A stretch of 25,048 bases of DNA from positions 1-25,048 of the IMG/VR virus record IMGVR_UViG_3300027906_000144. One strand, 5' to 3'. This document shows positions 7,801 to 14,951 of this stretch, piece after piece. Numbering within the stretch: the first letter of the stretch is position 1; each line of letters starts with the position of its first letter. The notes below the pieces were generated by a model. The model had not been told where the DNA came from, ran no database searches, and saw only the letters and a list, made by a program, of their open reading frames with translations. The translations under genes were made by a program, and so were the position numbers. The DNA is from a virus (taxonomy: Duplodnaviria; Caudoviricetes).

Positions 7801-7856
7801 CTACAAGATGCGGCTGCTGCTGCGCCTGTATTAATTAATCTTTTGCCTAAAGCCAT
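4812..7856 (-). CDS. receptor-binding/fibre protein with three LamG (concanavalin A-like) domains plus a C-terminal beta domain
   Basis: Three copies of YxLD...FGQAAxFNG...TISxWxN...WyHvavT...lYlnG...G.lDQvRvFS.ALS..ev..LY. The C-terminal region (VGFEPDLVWVKAR...YVAWNWKGG...SVSANTAAGFSIV...GYSKIGSYTG...YIYMAF) is typical of marine phage fibres. Confidence 0.85.
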   Translation of the reverse strand: MALGKRLINTGAAAAASCSTDSVQAFGADSTYSSNIAVYQLDGNDNDTTGNNNGTSEANVSYSSTGAKFGQAATFNGSSSYINLPDNLVNSVSGQEFTISFWFNSDDITRYAGTFSAYAYDGNNHGWTIYTGYSSSKLRFLSYAPSLTTMDFSGTTTLSASTWYHVAVTYSKKASICKLYLNGVLDGSGATTGDRSYISNHTYNIGANNNGAGGLEGYYDGKLDQIRVFSKALSEEDIATLYAETSSTASNTNPLSEGAGVALYSMDYDASEASGYYDGTSTAVDFGVEGKINYGAMFRSGSININTVPFPVNNFTISAWMNVDNIGASNPSNPYNMILTTANSSSFFYFTIDGTQLYYWENASGAVSGGTVTAGTWHHCVVTKSSATGVILYLDNTVVGSNASYTSNNTGSTAGHNTLGNYDTGSTTYPYSGKMDQVRVFSKALSATEVGTLYAETACSYTATTTDNDYPTTNAAYYKLDNSAEDEKGSYDGVETDIEYRFGRFGQAAVFNGSSSKIDLPNLGISGAGTRTISAWINISSLSAAQTIFQFGPAAAKERFGFSIDTAGKVYVEYYGRDAITSSAHITTGTWFHVAVTYNGGAIETGTNTQIYVNGVAADMTTTGSSTGVAATGNSDYGIGYRRPSTSQYFNGSIDQVRIFSSALSASQVTELYNEKPEADTSNFKAVLYEGNGGTNFVSNVGFEPDLVWVKARDDAHDHVLYDTVRGVGSGKALSSNATYAEGAYDATYGFLDTFEARGFVAKTGSSVANYTNKNNESYVAWNWKGGGDAVSNGNGTITSSVSANTAAGFSIVKWTSDGSSSVSTKGHGLSSAPELFIVKSADYNSIWMVYHKDLPLNKYIYLDGNAGLSSAGATYYSSSSTTIGFRDGSNSAVGNNMICYCWHSVAGYSKIGSYTGTGASHTLYTTDNGASGGSNPFQPSFLIIKRTDSADAWQMYDNKRGVTKQLMANAADADYTQDGTSLLSFNSNGFTLGVDNSGRVNSSSGEYIYMAFK

Positions 7857-7858
7857 AT

Positions 7859-8416
7859 TTATTCTTCTTCAGATGGAGGAAAAAATTGTACGTTGTATTG
7901 CAATGCAGTCTTATAAGACTTCTTAGCATTTACTTCAGCTTCTAACCTATCGGCTTCTGCCAAAATACTTGCTCTTTCTGTTGCAACATCTGAACTAATA
8001 GCAATATCTCTCTCCGATTTTCTAATAATTTGCCAATCGGTAGGTTGTAATAAACTACCTGCTTTTGATTTAATCTCTGCTATCTTACTTGCTTTGATGT
8101 CGGCTATCTTATACCTCTTTTCTTTTTCCCCCGTAGGTTTATTGTCCTCATCTAAAACATCGAACTCTATGCTAAAGTCAATGTCAGTAACATCATAGGT
8201 TACTATCTTTTTCTTATCATCAAAGTATAATCCACCCTTAGTTTGAATTTGTGGATCAAAACTTGGTTTTACGACATCGTAAATACCAATAGCCTCTAAT
8301 TCCTCTTTAGATAGGTTATTAGCCCCTCCTAGTATGTACTTAGTGGGAGTTTTTAGTGAGTTTGGCAAACTCTTGTATATGGTTACTATTCTACCGTTTT
8401 GTACTGCTGCTTTCAT
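7859..8416 (-). CDS. tail fibre assembly/chaperone-like protein
   Basis: The LLQPTDWQIIRKSE motif resembles tail fibre assembly proteins, and the gene is adjacent to the fibre gene. Confidence 0.55.
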   Translation of the reverse strand: MKAAVQNGRIVTIYKSLPNSLKTPTKYILGGANNLSKEELEAIGIYDVVKPSFDPQIQTKGGLYFDDKKKIVTYDVTDIDFSIEFDVLDEDNKPTGEKEKRYKIADIKASKIAEIKSKAGSLLQPTDWQIIRKSERDIAISSDVATERASILAEADRLEAEVNAKKSYKTALQYNVQFFPPSEEE

Positions 8417-8418
8417 AA

Positions 8419-8853
8419 TTATATACTTTGTGATATTGATAAGAAAAATGTATTAGCGGCAGTACAAGTAACCTGAATAAAATTAACTGCACTCGCTGTC
8501 GCACTGTAAGTTCCAGAAACAGTGGTTACTGTATTAGACCCAGTATCAAACGATAATGAGGATGTACCTCCAGAGTCTGTTACTATAATGTCTTTTACAT
8601 CACCAATTGAGGCATTAGTAAAATTCAAATCCATTGCAATACTTGAAGTAATTGTAAATACCGCTGCTGTATCGAAGTCTACGTCTAAATCCGTAGCCGC
8701 TGTAAGGGCAGAAGAACCTCTTAAGCTGTCTCCAGTCCCACTCTGACCATAAATGTCAGTAGTCATATTATTAACCTTTACAAATGCGTCTCTGAGTGTG
8801 TCCCCAGTTCCGTCATCAGGGGCTGAACCAACTCCTATTGTTTCTCGTGCCAT
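8419..8853 (-). CDS. short fibre/virion adaptor protein
   Basis: The N-terminal IGVGSAPDDGTGDTLRDAFVKVN resembles the T4 gp9/gp10-type attachment motif also seen in cyanophage fibres. The C-terminus is beta-rich. Confidence 0.65.
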   Translation of the reverse strand: MARETIGVGSAPDDGTGDTLRDAFVKVNNMTTDIYGQSGTGDSLRGSSALTAATDLDVDFDTAAVFTITSSIAMDLNFTNASIGDVKDIIVTDSGGTSSLSFDTGSNTVTTVSGTYSATASAVNFIQVTCTAANTFFLSISQSI

Positions 8854-8865
8854 AATTCTATTTTA

Positions 8866-9057
8866 TTATATTAATGTTTGATCTGCTTTTATTAGTATTG
8901 TGTCTGCTCTATATGCTGTACTATCTACTGATAATTCAAGAATATCAGATACCCAACAAGTTGGAGCTGAAGGTACATAAACAGCATCTGTTGTATCATC
9001 TACATCTCCCCACCAGGAAAAACAATATACCCTACCCCAATTTATTCCGTTAGCCAT
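8866..9057 (-). CDS. small virion-associated protein
   Basis: N-terminus MANGINWGRVYCFSWWG and C-terminal VDST/RADT/KADQT repeats. Located in the structural operon. Confidence 0.65.
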   Translation of the reverse strand: MANGINWGRVYCFSWWGDVDDTTDAVYVPSAPTCWVSDILELSVDSTAYRADTILIKADQTLI

Positions 9058-9058
9058 A

Positions 9059-9142
9059 TTATTTCTTTATTCTCTTTAGATAGTTAGTCAATTTTATTAT
9101 GTTAGCCACTTTAGGCTTATATGTTTTAATTAAATCACCCAT
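9059..9142 (-). CDS. 27-aa basic micro-ORF
   Basis: MGDLIKTYKPKVANIIKLTNYLKRIKK fills the gap exactly, with its stop 1 nt before the next ATG. Confidence 0.45.
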   Translation of the reverse strand: MGDLIKTYKPKVANIIKLTNYLKRIKK

Positions 9143-9642
9143 CCGCCATACATTGGGTCTTTATCAGGATACATTCCAGTATCTTGCGCTCCAGTATATT
9201 CCGGATAATCTCCACTCTTTTCATCTATGAAGTCAAAAAACCTATTTACATAGAAGTCAGCAAAGTCTTTAGCTCTTGCTGTTAAAGAATCAAGTTCACT
9301 CTTTGTTAAAGGATCACTAGATTCAGTAGTATGTTTAAATATGCCTCCGTTGCTGATTTGATAAGCAGCAAAAGGAATATAACTATACTGACTATACCAT
9401 ATTAGCATAGGTTTTATATAGCTATTAAGTAATGTTTTGTAAGCAGAATTGGCGGCATCATCAAGAGTGCCGCCAGTAATCAAACTTTGTAATTTTTCAT
9501 ATAATTTAGTTCCTAAAAAGTTTTGTATGTGGATGTCTTGGGCCACCTCAACAAATTGAATCAACTTATCTGTGTCTAAAGCTCCGTCTATGATAGACTT
9601 CCGCTTTAACTCCGTCATTGTTATAAATAATGCCTTACTCAT
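9130..9642 (-). CDS. head-tail adaptor/connector protein
   Basis: Helical ~170-aa protein (ALFIT...AQDIHIQNFLGTKLY...YIKPML...YPEY...GGWVI) directly after the portal. The start at 9642 overlaps the portal end. The longer ORF-track start lies inside the portal tail. Confidence 0.65.
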   Translation of the reverse strand: MSKALFITMTELKRKSIIDGALDTDKLIQFVEVAQDIHIQNFLGTKLYEKLQSLITGGTLDDAANSAYKTLLNSYIKPMLIWYSQYSYIPFAAYQISNGGIFKHTTESSDPLTKSELDSLTARAKDFADFYVNRFFDFIDEKSGDYPEYTGAQDTGMYPDKDPMYGGWVI

Positions 9643-10882
9643 CTTCTTCAATAGGTTTTTCCTCGACAATAACCTCAGAAACGCTCTCAGAGGCCTCCTG
9701 TTGGACGATCTCCTCTTCCTGGGCATCTTCTACCGCAGAAAGTTTTTCTCCGGTCTCCTCTTCTCTCTTGATTTTAGTCTCTATGTTGTCTAATTCTGTA
9801 AATTCGATTGGTTGTAATGTGACAAAGTATAAATCCAACGAAATATTGTTATATAACAACAATTCTTTGAATGCATCTAATAACATCTGTTGAAATGGTC
9901 TAATTACCATATTATCCATCAAAATAGATGCTGTTCTAAGCTCCTCAGCGTTATTTCCGAACCCAGTGTTGTCTTTTATCCCTAGAAGGATAGGAGACAC
10001 CACTCCGTGGCCTATCATTATCTTTTCTCGGCTTTCTTTAGCTAAAAACTCGTATTGAGCGTGTGCATCTGGTAGGTTTATGGGATCTATGTTAGATTGG
10101 TTCTCTGAACCATCATTAAAAGCCAAAATAAACCGTCCTGCGTTGCTAGTACCACTAAATTTGTCGTATATCTTGCGTTCAATCAACTCTTGAACCTCCT
10201 CATTAGGTATTCCATTGTTAAAATTGATCAGCATACTTGGCTGAAGGCCATTTTGTATGTTTGATAGGTGATAATTACTCACTTCTTCCTCCAAGGTTGC
10301 GTATTGAAGGCATCCTTGGTAATCTACGGGTGAATAATAATAAAAACCAGCCTTGTAAGGCTTAACAACATATAATTCAATGCGCTGAGACCTCGTACCG
10401 TTGCGATAAGTAGGTATCTTTTTAGGTTTGTCACTAGGTTTAATGTTCTTCCAGTCACTATGGTAATAATATGCTTTAATTTTGCCATCTTCTGCTTTCT
10501 CAGCTCTCAACGTTTCCATTGGAAAGTGATATAATCCGGCTATTTCTTTTTTTCTGTTCTTGTAAACTACTTGAATGGCCGCTTGACCAAGCATCTTGTA
10601 ATCTGTTACTATTTTTCTTACATCAGTGGCATTCAAAATGCTTTTCATCTGAGCAAACATAAAAGGCTTTTCCTTAGAGTCAGTAGCCTCAAGCCCTCTA
10701 CCATAAATCATATCAGAGATACCATTGATACATCTACTATTCGTTGGGCTTCCTAAATACCTCTCAATTAACTCACCAAAATAGTTATTATCCTCACCAT
10801 ATTCGATATAAGCATTTCTGCTTTTCTCGACTATTTTAGGCACTTCGTACCCGGTTAGATTTACTACTTTTACATTCTTCAT
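9635..10882 (-). CDS. portal protein
   Basis: 415 aa with YGEDNNY, SPTN...I...IYGRG, YYSPVDY, IQNGLQPS and KFSGTSNAGRFI...HGVVSPILLGI, matching HK97-type portals of Bacteroidetes phages. Confidence 0.85.
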   Translation of the reverse strand: MKNVKVVNLTGYEVPKIVEKSRNAYIEYGEDNNYFGELIERYLGSPTNSRCINGISDMIYGRGLEATDSKEKPFMFAQMKSILNATDVRKIVTDYKMLGQAAIQVVYKNRKKEIAGLYHFPMETLRAEKAEDGKIKAYYYHSDWKNIKPSDKPKKIPTYRNGTRSQRIELYVVKPYKAGFYYYSPVDYQGCLQYATLEEEVSNYHLSNIQNGLQPSMLINFNNGIPNEEVQELIERKIYDKFSGTSNAGRFILAFNDGSENQSNIDPINLPDAHAQYEFLAKESREKIMIGHGVVSPILLGIKDNTGFGNNAEELRTASILMDNMVIRPFQQMLLDAFKELLLYNNISLDLYFVTLQPIEFTELDNIETKIKREEETGEKLSAVEDAQEEEIVQQEASESVSEVIVEEKPIEEDE

Positions 10883-11235
10883 ACCATTATATATTGTTGA
10901 CTACTATCACCAGAATCACTCTCTGTATATTTACTGTCATTTATAGTATATACTGAGTTCGATAAATAAGAGTCGGTGCAATAAGCTTTATCTCTAAATA
11001 AAAGCGTTGACCCACTAAAAATCTCATAGTTATAAATACTATTATCCGACAAAATACTGAAGGTGCAATCAAGGTTGATAAAGTTCCCACTAACAGTAGA
11101 CGATAAACTCGTTAAAGTTTCTGACTTATTAGTCCCATCTTCTGTTATCTTAAGAGACAATCCAGACTGAGCTGTACTGACTCTAGGCAAGATCTTTATT
11201 GTTTGAGCATCCGTACTCGGAAGTAGTCTTATCAT
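10879..11235 (-). CDS. hypothetical structural protein (118 aa)
   Basis: The true start is probably 11235 (MIRLLP), because a terminator and a late-promoter motif lie inside the 5' extension given by the ORF track. The stop overlaps the portal ATG. Confidence 0.7.
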   Translation of the reverse strand: MIRLLPSTDAQTIKILPRVSTAQSGLSLKITEDGTNKSETLTSLSSTVSGNFINLDCTFSILSDNSIYNYEIFSGSTLLFRDKAYCTDSYLSNSVYTINDSKYTESDSGDSSQQYIMV

Positions 11236-11265
11236 ACTAATATAACTAAAAAAAGGGTTGAGTGT
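11236..11265 (-). promoter_or_regulatory. putative phage late promoter
   Basis: ACA-N16-GTTATATTAGT-ATG. An 18-mer here (11232-11249) is identical to 23824-23841. Confidence 0.7.
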
Positions 11266-11272
11266 TTTATAT

Positions 11273-11297
11273 AAAAAAAGGGGCCATATAGGCCCCT
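11273..11297 (-). terminator. Rho-independent terminator after the major tail gene
   Basis: Minus strand reads AGGGGCC-TATAT-GGCCCC followed by T7. Confidence 0.85.
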
Positions 11298-11317
11298 CTC
11301 TATCACCAGGTATAAAC

Positions 11318-11872
11318 CTATGCTGGATCTCTCTGAGTAGTTTCAGTAGCAGTAGCTGAAGACATTCCCGCAAAAGGGTTTGCATCAGTTGCTCCATCTA
11401 CAAAATTAGGTAGAGTTGTTTCGTTGGCTGTTAAAGTCAACGTATATCCATTTAAGTCTCCCATTGATGTTCCGGTTACGGCAGTACCTCCAGTAACTTC
11501 CGCTCCGTGTTCTCTTCCAACTAACAGAACTTTATTGTCAAATGTCTGTACGAAAACGTGAGGTCTTCCGTAAGTCATAAGCTTAAGTTCTTTGTTGTCC
11601 TCCTTAGTCATCTTGTGAAGAGTAAGGTTTGTCACTTGCTCAAAGAATGTCGTTCCATTCTCAATAGAGCTATTAATATTTGATTCAAGAGAAGAATTGC
11701 CCTTAACATCATAAGTGCTATAATTGAAAGTACCACTGATATCTGTGATTTCATCATTTGACCCAACCGTTACAGTTGCTAGATCACCAAAATCAACAAA
11801 ATGGACTTTTACTACACCACCTACAGCATCTTTACAAGGTTTTTTCCTTCCCCCAGTTAAATCACAAGCCAT
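11318..11872 (-). CDS. major tail (tube) protein
   Basis: N-terminus MACDLTGGRKKPCKDAVGGV, plus ENGTTFFEQ and GDLNGYTLTLTA, in a beta-rich 184-aa protein with its own terminator. Confidence 0.7.
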   Translation of the reverse strand: MACDLTGGRKKPCKDAVGGVVKVHFVDFGDLATVTVGSNDEITDISGTFNYSTYDVKGNSSLESNINSSIENGTTFFEQVTNLTLHKMTKEDNKELKLMTYGRPHVFVQTFDNKVLLVGREHGAEVTGGTAVTGTSMGDLNGYTLTLTANETTLPNFVDGATDANPFAGMSSATATETTQRDPA

Positions 11873-11886
11873 ATTTTTATAGTATT

Positions 11887-11925
11887 AAAAAAGGGTAGGC
11901 AGGCTCAAGGCTCACCTACCCTTTT
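11887..11925 (-). terminator. Rho-independent terminator after the major capsid gene
   Basis: Minus strand reads AAAAGGGTAGG...CCTACCC followed by T6. Confidence 0.8.
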
Positions 11926-11942
11926 ATATTAAACAATTATTC

Positions 11943-12866
11943 TTATGAGTACAATACGATGTCTCCGCCAATGGCGTGCTGAATTCCAGCAGTAAATCTG
12001 ACAACGACTCTCACATTCTGAGATCCATCAAGGTCAGCCATATCAATAACTTTAACCTCATTAGAATCAGACAATAGACCAGTTCCGAAGAACAAGTTGG
12101 ATTTTTCAGCAGCGATCATTGTATCACTAGCCATTCCGCTTGCAAGCTCTACGTTGATGCCATCAAATGTCAAAGCACCTCCATTGAACCACTGAGTTCC
12201 TTTAGCATCTGTACCAGCTGCGCCAATGTTACTTGCGAAACCTCCCAATGCTCTTACATAAGCTCTATATATATTAGGAGCAACATAAACAGTTAAATCT
12301 TCAGCACCGTAAACAGCAGAAGGAATAGCATCTACTACAGCTCCGATTTGAGCAATTACATTAGAAGAAGTAACAGTTGTAGCAGTTACGTCATTAACGT
12401 CACTGTCAGCAGTTAGAGTAGTTTCGAATCCGTCAAACTGACCAGCAGTTGCGTTAGTACCAGACCAGATGTTAGTTTCGATTCTTTGAGCTACTTTAGA
12501 AGAAACGTGTGCAAGCAAGTAGTCAGAGAAGCTAGAAGGTAGGTCAGAATAAGCTGAATACCCCATAGAAATTGCTTCCCAATCCGACACGAAATCTTTT
12601 TTACAAAGTTGTAGGTTAACCTGAAATTCTTCTGGTTGAAGAATTCTTTCAGTCAATGTCAAAGTAGATGTAGCAGTAAAGTCGCAAGTGCCATCCTTAA
12701 CGATATCGTCAGAAGCCACCTTCTTCATTACTTCTTTGTACTTTACATTAGGCTTGATTGTGATCAACTCTTTTGAAAGAGTAGATCCGCTTAGTAAAGC
12801 CGCAGAAATGTATTTCCCTGCAAACTCACCAGCATAAGTAGTAGTAATTGATGTAGTTGTTGCCAT
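11943..12866 (-). CDS. major capsid protein
   Basis: 307 aa beginning MATTTSITTTYAGEFAGKYISAALLS, with IWSG...FDG and NVRVVVRF. It follows the acidic scaffold gene and is followed by a terminator. Confidence 0.8.
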   Translation of the reverse strand: MATTTSITTTYAGEFAGKYISAALLSGSTLSKELITIKPNVKYKEVMKKVASDDIVKDGTCDFTATSTLTLTERILQPEEFQVNLQLCKKDFVSDWEAISMGYSAYSDLPSSFSDYLLAHVSSKVAQRIETNIWSGTNATAGQFDGFETTLTADSDVNDVTATTVTSSNVIAQIGAVVDAIPSAVYGAEDLTVYVAPNIYRAYVRALGGFASNIGAAGTDAKGTQWFNGGALTFDGINVELASGMASDTMIAAEKSNLFFGTGLLSDSNEVKVIDMADLDGSQNVRVVVRFTAGIQHAIGGDIVLYS

Positions 12867-12874
12867 TTTTGTGT

Positions 12875-13345
12875 TTATTTATTAAATTTACTCATATTGT
12901 TTAATACTCGGTCCAGTGTAGTCTGAGTTCTTCTTTGAGAGAAAAGATTCATTTCTACTTCTGGCTTTGCTTCTGGGCTGTGAACCATAGGCTCAACATC
13001 AGCCTCTACAGCAGCTAGTTCTTCCTTAGGAACTTCACTGTTATACTTTTCAGAACTGGCTTTGATTTCCTCTACTAAGCTTTCAACTATAGCTTTAAGT
13101 TCAGCAAATTCCTCTTTAGTAACATAAGCAGCTTCTGTATCTTCTTCCTCAGCTTCTACAGCTTGTTCCTCTTCTGGTTGATCACCTTCAGATAATACAA
13201 CTTCTTCTCCTTCTGGAGATTCGTTTACTTTCTCTACCACCTCTTCAGTAGCGGAAAGTTCTTCTTGAACCACTTCTTGATTCTCGATTTCTTGAGAACC
13301 TAGAAGAACCTCTTTTAGTTTTTCTACAATTTCTGTCGCTTTCAT
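12875..13345 (-). CDS. capsid scaffolding protein
   Basis: Very Glu-rich and predicted helical (YVTKEEFAELKAIVE, HSPE, TTLDRVL), immediately upstream of the capsid gene. Confidence 0.65.
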   Translation of the reverse strand: MKATEIVEKLKEVLLGSQEIENQEVVQEELSATEEVVEKVNESPEGEEVVLSEGDQPEEEQAVEAEEEDTEAAYVTKEEFAELKAIVESLVEEIKASSEKYNSEVPKEELAAVEADVEPMVHSPEAKPEVEMNLFSQRRTQTTLDRVLNNMSKFNK

Positions 13346-13357
13346 AGTTTTAAATAT

Positions 13358-13387
13358 ATTAATATTACCAGTTTTAAGTATGCTTGT
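13358..13387 (-). promoter_or_regulatory. putative phage late promoter (variant)
   Basis: ACA (13387-13385)-N16-GTAATATTA, upstream of the scaffold, capsid and major tail genes. Confidence 0.6.
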
Positions 13388-13394
13388 TGTATTT

Positions 13395-14951
13395 TTAACT
13401 TATATCTTCTACAACCCAATAGTAGCCTTGGTCGTTGCCGTTGCTTATTATCTCTTCGTGTGCGGGATTATTGACTGCACTACCTGATACGCTAGTAACA
13501 GCACTAAAGACCATTTTATAACTTGTCCAACTAGCCGAACTTCCTCCATAAGGGCTTGACGGAACAGTGCCTAAAGTATCTGGAGTGACATAGCTAAATG
13601 TGTTGTTAATTCCTGATCCCGTTTCAAATTTAACTATTAGGTTGTCAGATGAACTATAAAAAGAAACTCTTTTATCTCTAAAAGCAAACGTAGATCCTGG
13701 GGTTGTTGTTTGGCCTCTTATTTCTGCCCCTAATTGGTTAGATAATGCTACAGCATTACTCCTACCTGTTTCTGGGTCATTTGCATATATACTAAAAGCA
13801 TATGTATTAGTTGCTGTTGTAGCTATAGTTTCTACAGAAACGTAATTTCCACTCGCAGGGGTTATCTGACTAAAATGGAATGCAGGTTGTTGAACCGATA
13901 CAGTTGTACAAGACAAGGTGTCTCCAGCATTGCTATACCCAGATGGGACCGTTATGCTTACTGTCAGAGTTCTACTGGTTTCTGATGTAACAGTGCTGAA
14001 ACTAGAGGGAGATGTTCCACTAATAGTTCCTATATCAACTGTTGGTGTTATATAATTACCACTTGCATATACAGAAAATCCTGATATAGTAACCTCACTG
14101 CATTCAAGAACATTATAAGGAGGTTGAGTTGCTGTGGTCGTACAAGCTAATGTACTTCCCACGTTAAAATAACCCGCTGGTACAGTAATATCTAAATTTA
14201 ATGTCCTAACCGTATCTACAGACACGGTGGCATAAGAAGCTGGACTGCTTGATGAAATAGTTCCTATATCTAAAGTGGGCAAAGTAATTGCTCCATTCTC
14301 ATCCACAGCAAATCCGGTTATAGCAATATCTCCACACGCTAAAGTAGGAGTCAACGGCTGTGTGGCCGTTGTAGTACAATTGAGAGTGGCTCCTGCATTG
14401 AAGTATCCAGATGGAACTGTAATATCTACATTTAAAGTTCTAGATGTATTTACATCTACTATAGCAAACGAAGCTGGACTTGTACTAGATATTGTGCCTA
14501 TATCCGCAGTAGGAAGTGTAACAGTTCCGTTTTGAGCCACTGAAAAACCAGATAAAGTGATATCACTGCAAGAGAGGGTTGGTGTTGCTGGCTGGTCAGC
14601 TGTGGTTGTACATTCTATTGTTTTTTCAGCATTACTATAATCACCAGGAACTAATATAGAAACTGTTAAAGTTCTTTGAGTAGAAGTGTCAACGGCAACA
14701 AAAGATGCTGGCGTTGTAGAGGTTATGGTTCCGGCATCAGTAGTCGGTAATGTAATTGTCCCATTCGCTGCTACGCTAAAGCCACTTAAAGTTAAATTTT
14801 GACATCCTAGAGACGGAGCATAAATACTCCCTATTCCTTGGTTGATTAGTTCTCCATCACAACACTTCCTGGAATAAGTCCTACCATCTTTACATAAGCA
14901 AGCTCGTCTTGAATTTCTTGGACTTGAATAACCCCCTCTTTTACCTCCCAT
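13395..14951 (-). CDS. virion protein: Cys-rich N-terminal peptide, four ~78-aa beta repeats, unique C-terminal domain
   Basis: N-terminal RACLCKDGRTYSRKCCDG, then four repeats of LxC...GFsV...GtI...sPaSf...RTL...vP..Y.N...CTT...QP. Thr/Ser-rich. Confidence 0.8.
   Translation of the reverse strand: MGGKRGGYSSPRNSRRACLCKDGRTYSRKCCDGELINQGIGSIYAPSLGCQNLTLSGFSVAANGTITLPTTDAGTITSTTPASFVAVDTSTQRTLTVSILVPGDYSNAEKTIECTTTADQPATPTLSCSDITLSGFSVAQNGTVTLPTADIGTISSTSPASFAIVDVNTSRTLNVDITVPSGYFNAGATLNCTTTATQPLTPTLACGDIAITGFAVDENGAITLPTLDIGTISSSSPASYATVSVDTVRTLNLDITVPAGYFNVGSTLACTTTATQPPYNVLECSEVTISGFSVYASGNYITPTVDIGTISGTSPSSFSTVTSETSRTLTVSITVPSGYSNAGDTLSCTTVSVQQPAFHFSQITPASGNYVSVETIATTATNTYAFSIYANDPETGRSNAVALSNQLGAEIRGQTTTPGSTFAFRDKRVSFYSSSDNLIVKFETGSGINNTFSYVTPDTLGTVPSSPYGGSSASWTSYKMVFSAVTSVSGSAVNNPAHEEIISNGNDQGYYWVVEDIS
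13884..14813 (-). repeat. four degenerate 234-bp coding repeats
   Basis: The 78-aa periodicity is visible in the translation. Confidence 0.85.

Noticed and set aside
4812-7856. Diversity-generating retroelement target in the fibre gene
   Set aside because: I saw no reverse transcriptase and no near-identical template/variable repeat pair differing only at adenines. The internal similarity reflects old domain duplication.
11236-11397. ORF-track 5' extensions of 10879..11397 (also 9130..9726, 23123..23878, 4658..4843)
   Set aside because: The extensions run through terminators, promoter motifs or upstream genes. The downstream ATGs fit start/stop coupling and the promoter motif.
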